From the NCBI RefSeq assembly GCF_006345805.1, contig NC_043001.1:39866001-39930000 (forward strand): a stretch of DNA of 64,000 bases. Direction: 5' to 3'. The DNA comes from Octopus sinensis (lineage: Eukaryota). The first letter of the stretch is position 1. Every line of letters begins with the position of its first letter. The notes below the pieces were generated by a model that was given only the letters and a program-made list of their open reading frames with translations, was not told where the DNA came from and ran no database searches. The translations under genes were made by a program, and so were the position numbers. Positions 13,511-25,751 of this stretch are shown piece by piece.

Positions 13511-15018
13511 AGTCTATTTTTTTGTACATTTTTGGTGTTTACTGTACCTACACATCTTCCACATGTAAAAATTACTTTCTCTCTATATCTTCCAGTAATA
13601 CCAATCCACCTTTTATGTATCCAAAGCTTGCACTAGGTACACCATATGGAGTTTCGCTTGACACTTTTCTACATATGGAAGGGAGTTTTGACTGATCTGT
13701 TTCCCTAAACAAAGAGAAGCTAGTAGCAACATATTTAATGCATGAATAATTTTAAAATGAACTAGAAATAAATAAGTAACTAGAAAAACATCATGATATT
13801 AATCACTGATTAATATTTTGATGTTTTCATCAACTCTGAACAGGTTTTAGTTTTATTCTGACCTTATCAGCAAAGCCTAGCCTTGACAGCACTTGCTGAA
13901 ATAGTGAAGAAATGATTATTATCTAAAATGCACAAGATAGCACATATTTTTGAATTGTTAAACAGAACTATCCAACCCACGCCAGCATAAAGGCAGATGT
14001 TAAATGACAGTGATGACGACAATGACTTGGTAACAAATTAAATATTTCAGGGAATTATTTACGATTAGAATAATCAAGCACTTTTACAGGAACCATGTGA
14101 TAACTGTTCTCGAGGAATGATAATATACACCTTAATATAATTCTGAAAAAATGGGATGATCATAACCAAACACCAATCACAGGTCAGCTCAATCAGGCCT
14201 GACCTACAGCTAATAACATAGCTGCAAAGCTCATGTCTAAAAATCAGAATAGAATTTAAAATGTATAGAGAGAAGAGATAAAATAACAAAAGTAATAAAC
14301 TAGGTATTGCGTATTCAATGCTTCCAAGAGAAGGAATGAAATAAGATCTTTAATTTTATGCTTTCTGTATGTAAGCATAGTTGGAAAACTTCCAACATGT
14401 CTTGTTGCTGGGAGAATTCCATGTATTGAAAGAATGATTACACGTGGATATCAAAAAATATAGCCACACAATCACCAAGAAAAAAAATTAACTCTGGTAT
14501 ATATAATTTGAGTATTTAAAAAAAAGCCGACCCAAGATTCAAAAGGGCTAAAAACATAAAATTTGAATTTAAATAATGCCATGGACTATAATTCTGAATT
14601 TATGTATATTTAAATGTGATAGAAGGAAATCAAAATACACAGATCACAATGAAGTAAAATAACAGAAAGTATATATAGAACAAACATCACAAATTTTGAT
14701 CATGCAGTCACAGCCATGTTACTAATTATCCATAGTGTTTTACTCGATGATGACTCATGTATGAGAAAAGAAATACCAAAATTTAACTGGTTTACTTCAT
14801 TTATGCAAATGTTTAGTTATAGATAGACATTTATAACAATTAAAAATCAATCGAAAATTTGTCAATGCAGTGAATACAAAAACAATGATGCAATTCAGCA
14901 TATAACAGAGATCAATAGTGTTTGGTAGTATCAGATATTTAGTTCAAATCTGTAGTGCTTGTAAAAAGTGTTCCATGAAATGATGACAATGAGACTGACT
15001 TAGGTTGCTCACAAGGTT

Positions 15019-15102
15019 TCATTCAGTTCTAGAAGGTGTTATTATATTACAGGTTCTAGGTTCCTTTTGTTCATCTGAAGAACATGGACCTTCACTGGTA
15101 AT
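15019..15102 (-). CDS. Candidate terminal coding exon (phase 0): ITSEGPCSSDEQKEPRTCNIITPSRTE*
   Basis: Strong acceptor ttttattcttttattttttAG; the phase-0 reading matches the phase-0 end of the 19304-19359 exon. Confidence 0.6.
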   Translation of the reverse strand: MTSEGPCSSDEQKEPRTCNIITPSRTE

Positions 15103-16479
15103 CTAAAAAATAAAAGAATAAAAATGTACATGAAATGCTATCATGAGATCCTGATCTCTTGAATAGTTATTTGATGCTTGGTCTTTGTAAAAATAATTAC
15201 AAAATAATTTCTGCTTTACAGAAAAATATTTAAGTATTAGATATTGCTAGGAATTCATCACTTCACTGCATTGCTGTGCCAGTCAAGATACATTATATTT
15301 CATAAACAATACATGATACTTTCAACAAACTACAATACTCTCCAATTAAATATTAGACCATACTTGCTTAAAATACATGAATGAGTGTAACTTCGAAATT
15401 AAGTGCTCAAATTGATATCTTATATGCATAGATCTCTTCATAAGGATAAAGAAAAAACTTTGAATGATGATCTTAGAGATTACATTTAAAAGATGTAAAA
15501 ATTGCCATAAGTTACAATAATGTCAATGTGGATTGATAAGGGCAATAAATTCTAAAGATTTAGCATAAAGTCTTGCTAAAACATTAAGCTTTTATGACCA
15601 AAAGAGAGTCTGTCACATATTCTCAGGTACCTTATTTTTATTTACAATTGCTATACATTTTGTATAAAATCAGAGTCTAAAATTAAACCCTTGTTTCCAA
15701 GTTAGTGACCAGTAAATGAAGAGTGGATGTTTAGCAAATGATAGTCTTTGACTGTAATGAATATCTAACATTCAATCAACAGTGGTAAACAGTGGTATGA
15801 TTACCCTATCACCAGCATGTTACAATTGATATTTATTACATTCCAAGTGGTAGCTTATTCACGCATGCGCACACACATATGTGCACACACACACACGCAC
15901 ACACGTACACACATATATGCACACACACACACACTCAGCGTAGATTTGAATATAGAACCTATTTGTGCATTATAAATTAATTATTGATGCAAACAAAAAA
16001 GATATACGAAGGTGAAAAAAATGATGAGAATTAAACCTCTCTCTCATGACTTCATGGTGCATTAACACCTATACTACAGCTTAGGAGTCAAGTCAGCATG
16101 GAATTAGTGTGAAAGCTTGTGCATTTGAGAACATTGAAGTCATTGAGGATAATGAATTTGAGAGGAGAGAGTTGAGATAAATGTTCTCAATGTAGGAAAA
16201 ATTATGGCCAAAGAGTTACAGATGTTTTAAGAAGTCCAGAAAGTGATAGAAGGAAGAGATGTATTTGTGGGAATGAGGGAGGAAAACTTAAAGCTAGAGA
16301 AGTTGGACATAATTATTGCAGAAATACACATGAGAGAGGTAAGACACATGGAGAGCAGAATCTACAAAGTGCATTCCAGATGTTTTGGGGCTTTTTCAGG
16401 AGAGACATTTATTAATTTCAAAGAAGTACAAAACTCTAATCTCCTTCAAAGTAGGATCCTCTGACATCAATGTGCTTAT

Positions 16480-17060
16480 TATAGTTAGTGTTCCAACCAC
16501 TTTGTGAAGGTCCTATGGAAGTCCTTCAAAGTGAGAGTATCCAGGACAGGTGAGGGATCGCTTTGATGCCCATCTCTGTCAAGTATTGATTACCAAGATG
16601 GAATTGTGGACTGGTGAATTGTCCTGATGCAGGTGCTAAGGCCTTTTATGATGAAATCTCTCCTTGAACTCCCTCATAAACTTCCACTCTTTGTAAACCA
16701 TCTGGCCAGATAGAACTCAGTGGATGTAGGTGATGACCTTACTATCAAAAAAGGGGATCATCATGAGCTTCCCAGTGGACTTGCTTTGCATAGTACTTGT
16801 GCCAGCAAAAAAACAGATGCTTGATTCATATAAATTAATCCATAAGCAGGCTGGTACATTTCATAAGTTTCTGTAGCATTTTTGCCCAGTTTAACGCAAA
16901 ACTTTATAATATAGCAAGCTTCCAGATTGTCCTCATGTCCCAACTGCATTCTACAAACTAGTCAGCAGTGACATGCAGTGTTTAGTAGGATGTATTCAAA
17001 GTGCTGTTATAGCCATCTCCTTCAATCTGGAATAACAAAAGTTGAGAGGTCAGTCTAATA
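16480..17060 (-). mobile_element. Internally deleted mariner remnant
   Basis: 'IIKFCVKLGKNATETYEM' N-terminal helix-turn-helix region; frameshifted HQDNSPVHNS and YLTEMGIK C-terminal motifs. Confidence 0.7.
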
Positions 17061-17859
17061 TATATATAGTAAGGATATACTAAATTTACAATAATCATGA
17101 ATAGTTATAACTCTCTCTCTCCTTAGAAAGTATCAAACTTTCTGCAATGCACCTTGTGTGTACAGCTACTTTATTGTTGAGTGAAGCTGGAGAAGAATGT
17201 AATGTGGAAAATGGAATTGGGTTGTAAATAGGTGTTGAGAAATTTGCATCATAGAGAGAAATAAGTAGTGTGGTTTGTGTGTAAGATGTGTTATGTAGAT
17301 TCTAGGTTGGAGAGGAAAGTGGAGAAAGAATTGATCAAAGGATTCAGATCTAATTTTTGGTATTGAGAGAAAGATAGTAGGTGATGAAGTGTGAAAGGAT
17401 CACACAAATTCCTGGGATAAAAATCTGATCTAAATGTTTGCAACAGTGTGAACTCTGCTTTGACACCCAAGGGCCAGATGTCATCTAGGTGACATTAAAC
17501 TGCAGCATAATGTGTCTGCTACCCCATCCATAAAAAAATTGGAAACCAGAATCTGATATATGAGGATGAACAAGAGAATATGGAAAATAAAAACTGTGAG
17601 ATCATAGTAGTGGTAGTGGTAGAAGTAGTAGTAAGATCCTCAACAAAAAAGACTCTTTTCTTTCCTCTTGCCTGCTCTTCAGTCACCACATTGTTTCACA
17701 GTGATTCTGAAGAAATGCATTCAAGAATATTGTATATAATTTATACATAACATTCAAGTATACTTTTTGATACCACCTCATACATATATCACCTTAACTA
17801 AGAAAAGGTTAAAAAGAAACTAAATTATTTATTCATTATATACAGTTCAATGAAATCAT

Positions 17860-18110
17860 CATCATCATCACCATCGTTTAATGTTACTTTCCATGCTAGC
17901 GTGGGTTGGACAGTTTGACTGAAGACTGGTAAGCCAGGAGGTTGCACCAGGCTCCAATCTGATGTGGCAAGGTTTCTACAGCTGGATGTCCTTCCTAACA
18001 CCAACCACTCCGAGAGTGTTGAGGGTGCATTTTAGATGCCACCAGCATGGGAGCCAGTCAGGTGGCACTGACATCGACCATGCTTGAATGGTCCTTTTTA
18101 CGTGCCATAG
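17860..18110 (-). mobile_element. RTE-tailed SINE-like retroposon
   Basis: Reverse complement of '...ggcatccagctgtagaaacc...catgccagcatggaaa...gatgat'. Other copies at about 22410-22660(+), 24325-24610(-), 36245-36690(-), 41285-41733(-), 52900-53215(+), 56400-56700(+). Confidence 0.75.
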
Positions 18111-19303
18111 GTATGAAATCATATAAATTAAATCTTGAGAATACTTAATGTATGCATTTTGTTTAAATGCTTTTAGGTTGTGGTATTTCATCTAAGGAAA
18201 GTCCCTTTAAGATGTAGAGTGTTAAAATACACTGTACACCTCAAAACCAGGCAAAATGCCCCATAGTTAAATGGGAACAACAGATAGTGATATTTTGTTG
18301 TTATTTTGGCTTATCCATATCCATACCATATATTTGAGTCACCCTCAAAATGAATTGAAATCGCTGGTCTGATGTATATGCAAATGGCACAAAATCTATC
18401 AGCTGATGTGCAACAGTGCCACACAGTGTTACATCTAACTCAAAAATTTTGTTTTACTTAGATTTCACACTATTTGCATATACATGAGACCAGTGATTTG
18501 AATTTTGAAGGTAGCACAAGTATATGACACCAATGAGCTGAAACAACAGCGAAATATCAATATCTGTCATTCTCATTCAACTATGGTGGGGATTCCTTTC
18601 ACCTGATTTTGATATGTTTCTTAACACTATGTCTTAAAGGAAATTTCCCTTGACAGAATATCACAGCTTAAAAGTCTTTATACGAAACGCATACATTAAG
18701 TATGTTAGTAAGTATGTAACATCAATAATAATTATAAACTATTTCTTTTTCCATAGGCTTAAGTTTTAGCTTGCTATTACTTTTAGTTTGCTTAGTTTTA
18801 TAAACAGTTGTTCTGCAAATGGATATAGTTAGTCTAGAATACATTAAAAAGAAGGTAAGAAAATGTTAATATATGTCTATAGTTAAGTATATTTTATGAA
18901 TACTTTTAAAACATATTAGAAACATGTTTTTTTAATACATGACATCATCATCAAAAAAAATACCATGGAAGAAGAAAAATCAATAAAACACAGTTTGATT
19001 TCAAATACAGTAAATCAAACTTTAATATTCAAACCAACCATATCATGTTTTATACTCAAAATGATCAGCTCCAGTCTCTCATACCTACCCAATAATGTCA
19101 TTCTAAAAATATACAATCACATCACCAAAATCTCAAAACTATAAGATAATGTATGATTAGTTCAAAACAATGTTAATAAATAAATACTATATTTAAGAAA
19201 GTAATCTATGAAGGAACAACTTAATCATATCCCAACTATTCTGACACTATCTACTTTCAAGAAAGCAAGACATAAAAAGGTAATAAAAAACACATGTATT
19301 TAC

Positions 19304-19359
19304 CTCATTCCTTTGATTGTTGTTTTCATAAATGTTATTCAGGCTACCATTTACAGTGT
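19304..19359 (-). CDS. 56-bp exon C (phase 1 to 0): (D)TVNGSLNNIYENNNQRNE
   Basis: Acceptor ttttacttgacatgtctAG, donor GAG|gtaaat; carries an IYEN motif. Confidence 0.7.
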
Positions 19360-20143
19360 CTAGACATGTCAAGTAAAACAGTTGAGTATAGATATAGAAT
19401 ATATATAATATATACATTAATACAAAGCTTAACAAAAAGAAAAGCAATTACATAAACAGCATTAAAAATAGTGATTTTTTTCAGTGGATACAAATTAGAC
19501 AAAATAATTTAGTAGACCATTGATATTTATTGTGTTGATCATAGAAAAATTAAAGACAAAATTGACATCAATGGAATTTGAGCTCAGAATGCAGTGGGAC
19601 TAAATTTAATAATGCCAAGTATTTAATTTGGCATTCTACTATTTCTGTTACTCAAATATTTTATTGATATTTAAAGGTAGTAATATTAGATTAAGAGAAA
19701 CCATTCACTCCAATATTATTTTCATTCCAAAGGTATCTATAAGCAGGACTGATTGTGGGTATTCAACAACAATAGCTGATCAAGGTGTGAAATATTCGCC
19801 ATTGCAAACCAACTTTATACTTAGTGTCTCATGTCTAATAACTCAGAACTAATTTTATCATTTTTTTGTTTCTTTGTATAAATAAAGGTTACAAAAAATA
19901 TATTAATGAACTAGACTGTTAGTAAGGATTAATAAAAGTGCAAAAGCATAGTTATATATGAATGTTTGCAAGAAGTAGCTTATACAAGCAATGAAATTTT
20001 AATATTTTAAGGGACTTCTTTAAATACATGAATACATATGTTATTAAGCTGTATATTCTATTCAAACAAATAATGAGTCAAAATGTTTTCTAACTCTTGC
20101 TTTAATGAAAGTAATTTTAATAAAAGATTGCTTATATAGTTAA

Positions 20144-20185
20144 CATTAGGTCTCCTTGGAAGATTAACATAAGCAACATCCACGA
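20144..20185 (-). pseudogene. Type B microexon with mutated donor (TT): VDVAYVNLPRRPN
   Basis: 42 bp, homologous to intact B exons; AATG|ttaact in place of gtaagt. Confidence 0.75.
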
Positions 20186-20329
20186 CTTTAAAAAAAAGTA
20201 AAAAAAGAATAAATAACAATGGTTATAAATAACATTTAAAATATGTCAGTAGTGTGTTGACACTAATAATAAATACTAATAAAATAGGCTCAAATGCACA
20301 CACACATATGCACATGTTCCTATGGGGCA

Positions 20330-22000
20330 ACTTATTGAGGTCCATAGACCAAATTTATAGCTGGTGCAAAGTTACAACCAGACCTAGGGTGACATGGTGG
20401 TGGAACAATGAAGTAGAGTATAAGCATAAAGAAACAGGCCTGAAAGGAGTGGAAGAGTGGGAATAGCAGATAAGTATACAAGGTAGCTAGAAGGGAAGCT
20501 AAGTGATGAGTATATTTAGCTAGGGAAAAGTAGAAAGGAAGACATTTGCCAGTGTTCTGCACTGCAAGGGCAAGCGGTGTGTGGTGTTTTGGATTACTGG
20601 ACAGTGTCAGAGAAAATCATGATGTTGTAGGAGAGAAATGTGTCTGCATGGATGATGGTATACTTGCACTTAGAGAATTTTCAAAGAAAATGAAGTGTCA
20701 CTAAATGTGGAGAATGCCTGGGAGAATCTTCTTAAACTGAGTCCAACAGAGGGGCTAGCTATCTGAGTTGAAAGCAGCATGATAGGTAAAGCAATTAAGG
20801 ATATAAAAATAGGGAAAGCCCTTGGTCTATCAAGAATTATCACCAAGATGCTTAAGGTATCTGGTAGTGTGTGATATGGCCTAGTCACCAGTTTAGTTCA
20901 TCAGGTTGTCCAGGAAGGGGTCACACTCAATAACTGATGCAGCAGCATTACAATCAACTATTACAAAGGTAAATGTGATGCCTAGGAGATAAGTAATTAC
21001 AGAGGTATCAAATTACTGGAGCAGGAAATGAAAGTCACTGAGAATGTCATAGCTCAACTAATTAGAAAATAGTTGACATAGATGAGATACAAACGCTATC
21101 TTCTTAATAAGGCAACTGCAGGAGAAGCATTTAGTGAAAAATGGCCTTAGAGTTAACTTAGCAAAGACTAAAATATTAGTAACCAGGAGTGCAGATAAAT
21201 TACTAATATATTCTGGAAAATGGTCATACTGGATATGTATAAAAGGTGTAGTTAGAAATTTCCTATACTGTATCTACTGCAAGTTAGAAGTGCAGTGGAA
21301 TCAGAGGTAAGTTAACAGAGGAAGTAGTCTGTGTGTATGGCAGATGTGCAGGTACAATAAACACTAAGAATACACAGGAAATAGACTTCCTCAAATGCCC
21401 AGAGAGATCCTTAGAGATATCAAATAGTTTCTGTTACATAAATGACCAAATTGGTAGGAGACAAAAATGCTCTAAGTGTAGTTACTAGAATATGAACAAG
21501 CTGGATAAAGTCCAGAGTTATTACTGTTGTTGGTAACAAAGGGTTTTTCTCTGTGAGTGAAAGGCAGATTGTATAAAGCATTTGTATGGACAGCTATGCT
21601 ATATGGCAGTAAAACATGAGTTGTGACTAACAAGGACAGGTGAAGGCTTGAAAGAAATGAAGCAGGCAAACTCTGTTAGATGTGCAATGTCAGTGTGAGA
21701 TTCGACAAAGTGTAAATCTTTTAAGAGAAAAATTGTGTACAAGTGACATCAGATGTAGTGAAGAGAGAAGATTGTGCTGCTATGGTCATGGATGCATATG
21801 GATGAGGACAGCTGCATAAAGAAGGGCTGATCTCAAAATGCAGAGGGAACCTGTAGAAGGGGTAGACCCAGGAAGACATGAGACAAAATAGTGAGAAATA
21901 ATCTTCACCAGGGATGACAGAGGAGATCATAAAGGACAGAGACTATCAGTGATTTGCTGTGCTCAAGAAAACCTACCCAGCTAAGTAAAATTGAGGTCCT
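20330..22000 (+). mobile_element. Degenerate 5'-truncated RTE LINE
   Basis: RT-region homology to 27630-29800 and 50643-52000; followed by tail sequence to about 22660. Confidence 0.78.
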
Positions 22001-22862
22001 AAAGACATTTCTTTTATGTTTATGCCCCACCTCATGCACACAAACCATCATCCAACATTTCCCATTAACCCATCATCCACCACTCACCCCACCTATTGCA
22101 TTCCCTTCCACTCTCTCTCACATACCTACCTGCATGCAATATGTCTCCATTGAATTTCTTTCCCACAACATCCCCTGCCATACCCCCTCCCTCTAACTAT
22201 TCCCACTCATTACATCCCCTCTCCATCTACCACTCGCCTTTCACAATCTTGTGAACTCACTCATCTTCTCCAATCCACTCATCATCACATCTTCATCTTC
22301 TCTCTCTCCTTTCCCTCTCCACTCAAAAACTACCTGAGATAGTCACATTTCTTCTCTAATGCATGACTCATTTTTCTGTCCCTCAATAATCCTCCCACCC
22401 TCAGGTGAGAGCTCTTTTCTTGCTAGTTACTTGGTGACCTCACTGCTGCTGGTGCTATATAAAAGCAACCAGCACACTTTGTAAAGTAATTGGTGTTAGG
22501 AAGGCATCCAGCCATAGAAACCATGCTAAAGCAGACAGCAGGAATTGGTGCTACTTTTTGACTTGCCACTTCCTGTGGCACCGCCTAATCCATGCCAGCA
22601 TGGTAAACAGGTGCTAAACGATGTTGTTGTTGTTGCTGCTGCTGCTGATGATGATGATGATGATAGGAAGAGGTACAGCAATAGCAGGAAGAGGGTTGGG
22701 GAAGGGGAGGAAGAGGAATGGGTGGGAGGATGAGAAGGAAGATGGTTAGATGGGGGAGGGGAGACAGTGGAGGAGAAGAAGAGAGTGATATAGATTATAG
22801 CTGTTAGCTTTCTATTTTTACACTATTCTGAAGTCATGCTGTCCAATATTGTTTATACTTAC

Positions 22863-22922
22863 CAGGGTGTTTCATACACACATATTTCAACTCACTGACT
22901 TCAACATAATAATCTTCCACAG
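22863..22922 (-). CDS. Type A microexon: (x)VEDYYVEVSELKYVCMKHPG
   Basis: Acceptor tttaatttcttgaAG, donor CCTG|gtaagt; 60 bp, phase 1-1, open. Confidence 0.8.
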
Positions 22923-23222
22923 CTTCAAGAAATTAAATATAAAACAAGCATATTTATTGTTTGGGGAGAATGCTTTAACTATTTCTTTATTGCACAGAAA
23001 GTAACAAATATAATACATTTTATAGGTATATATGTATATAATGCTGCAGGGGAACTTGTTACCACTACAATATGTAGTGGCGGGAAGTCAACATGTTGTC
23101 CTGAGACTAACCTAAGAACTTTTATTTTTGGATATAATTGTGTTACTTAGATGTATTGGGTTATTCGCTTCGGCTATTTCCAGAGGCGCATGTGAGTATC
23201 TTACTTATATTCTCTTGTAAGC

Positions 23223-23280
23223 TCAACTGAAGACGAATGAACCCTTATGTGGTTAATTCCGAAATTGATTCAATATTGAG
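23223..23280 (+). ncRNA. Type I hammerhead ribozyme motif (one core-adjacent mismatch)
   Basis: CTCAA-CTGAAGA-cGAATGAACC-loop-GGTTAATTCc-GAAA-TTG-att-CAA-TA/TTGAG: stems I, II and III all pair; the G10.1 position is C. Confidence 0.72.
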
Positions 23281-23431
23281 ATAACGAAATTTAAATGTTC
23301 CAAAGGTTTAGTTGCCCGAATTTCAATTCAACTTTCTGTAGCAAGTAGATTAAATGTGGAATATCAGTATATTGGCTTTAGAATAACCTTCTTTAGCCCT
23401 TGCTTATAAGATATATATATATATAAATATA

Positions 23432-23996
23432 TTGGGTTGTCCAGAAAGTTCATGCCGATTTATAGTAGCTTACCTTTTGACTTATTTTAGAACATGGTTG
23501 AGTTCATAAAATAGGATTTGACTACACCTCCATTTAGAGCACAGTTTGAGCTATCTTTTCGTGGAAGAAGGTTTATGTTCCTATAACCCGTGTTAATTCT
23601 GTAACCCTTTAAAATGGAAGGTAAGAAAGTTCAGTTTCAACACTTGATGCTTTGGAAACCAGACAAAAATTGCTGCAGCTCGGCTGGGATGTGTTACCCC
23701 ACCCTCCATATTCACCAGATATTACTCTTTTGGATTTTCACTTATTCAGGTCTCTGCAGAATAGTCTTAATGGTAAAAATTTCAATTCCTTGGATGACAT
23801 AAAAAGATACCTTGATGAATTCTTTGCCATGAAACCACCTCAATTCTGGGAAGAGGGTATTTTCAAGTTAAAGGAAGATGGAGATGCATTGTGCAACAAA
23901 ATGGTTCATATTTGGTTGATTAAAAATGTAATGGCAAGTATTTATTGACCTTTTTCTTTCCTTTAAACATTGGCACAAACTTTCTGGACAACCCAA
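23432..23996 (+). mobile_element. Internally deleted mariner (DD34D family) with intact TIRs
   Basis: TIRs ttgggttgtccagaaagtt / aactttctggacaacccaa in TA context; 'HPPYSPDITLLDFHLFRSLQNSL'. Confidence 0.9.
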
Positions 23997-24991
23997 TATA
24001 TATATATATATATATACCCCACTCATGCCAGCATGGAAGGTTGATATTAAATGATGATGATATATATATATATAGAAACAAGTATTTAGAAAACTTATTT
24101 AAAATACAGCCAAACTTTAATGTACAGTATACGTTCTTCATCCTCACATTGATGTCTTGAGAAAATGAAAAGTCGTGCTGAATAAATTCATTGCATATGA
24201 AAAAGTGGAAAGAAGGGTATTATTATGGTATTTTAAAATTAGAGTTTGCAGAGAAGATTTCTCAGTAAAGTGGCATTTGAAATTTTATTCCATAAACAAA
24301 ATATTAATTTTGTTAGAGAAGTTATCATCATCATCATCATTATCATCATTTAACGTCCGTTTTCCATACTGGCATGGGATGGACAGTTTGACTGGGGTCT
24401 GAGAAGCCAGGAGGCTGCACCAGGTTCCAGTCTGATCTGGCAGTGTTTCTACAGCTGGATGCTCTTCCTAACCCCAACCATTCCATGAGTGTAGTGGGTG
24501 CTTTTTACACGCCACCGGCACAGGGGCCAGAGGAGGCTGGCAACAGCCACGATTGGTTGGTGCTTTTTACGTGCCACTGGCATGGAAGCCAGTCAAGGCA
24601 ACACTGACATCTTATATAAAAAGTATTACTTATAGAGTCTCACAAAACAAAATTTACTTCAATGAAATTTGAACTCAGAAGGTAGTGGGACTAAATTAAT
24701 TACTGCCAAATAATTAATTCCATATGGCATTGGTTTATTTGGACAACTAGATGTTACACAAGACATGTTTATGGACTGGATTATTAGTAAAGATAAATAA
24801 AAGTGTAAAATATCAGTTACATAGGAATATTTTCAGAAATTTTATTATATATACAATGAAATTTTCACATTTTTTAACTTTTAATTATGTTTGTACACAT
24901 ATTAAACTGCATATTCTACTTAGAATGAGCTAAAATATTTGTTAACCCTTGCTTTAATGTAATTTTATTAAGAGGTTGCTTATATACTTAC

Positions 24992-25033
24992 CATTAAGTT
25001 TCTTTGAAACATTAACATAAGCATTGTCCATGT
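24992..25033 (-). CDS. Type B microexon: (D)MDNAYVNVSKKLNG
   Basis: Acceptor ttaatttcttaaAG, donor AATG|gtaagt; 42 bp, phase 1-1. Confidence 0.8.
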
Positions 25034-25751
25034 CTTTAAGAAATTAAAAACAAAACACATATCATGGCTATATGCATAACAGGCACAGAACATATATGTA
25101 GTAATAATGGGTTGGGGATGTAGGTATATTTTTGGCAGAGAAATGAGTAGCTAAGGTAATCATGGTAGTTAAGGTGTGAAATAAGATTGTTAGCCTAAGA
25201 GTAATCTTTGCTAATGTTACAGTGTTACTTACCACTGCATATGCCCCACTGAACTGGCAGAGGATCAAAAGGACCAATACTATGAGGTTCTTTTGCAGAC
25301 TACCTCGATGATGAATAGCAATAACTTTATTATTATGGTTTCAGCAGATATGTTGGGCAGCACTCCAATGGATTTCATGGCATGCATGGTGGTTAGGGCT
25401 CCAGAAATGAGGAGGATAAAAAGCTGTTTGAGTTTTGAGGTGCAAATGGCTTGTTGCTCTGCAGCACTGCCCTCAGAAAACCTGCCAGCTACCTAATCAA
25501 TTATTAATCTATTTGGCACAGAAGCTAGATTGACTATATTTTTATTAGAAAGCGAGATAGGGAGATGCTTGTCCTTTCCTTGTGAGAAATATACACCTCA
25601 ACATAGGGCTATAGGTTAATGACTTCAGACTTAGGGTTAGATGGACTCAGAGATACAAACCAATCTGGAAAAGGAAGATATAGAAACTTAAGGGGATCCT
25701 TCAAACAGTTAGAGATTCTAACTGAAGCATTTGATGAGAAGGAGGAGGAGA

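Noticed and set aside
18230-18720. Possible non-autonomous DNA transposon
   Set aside because: No TIR pair or TSD could be established by eye.
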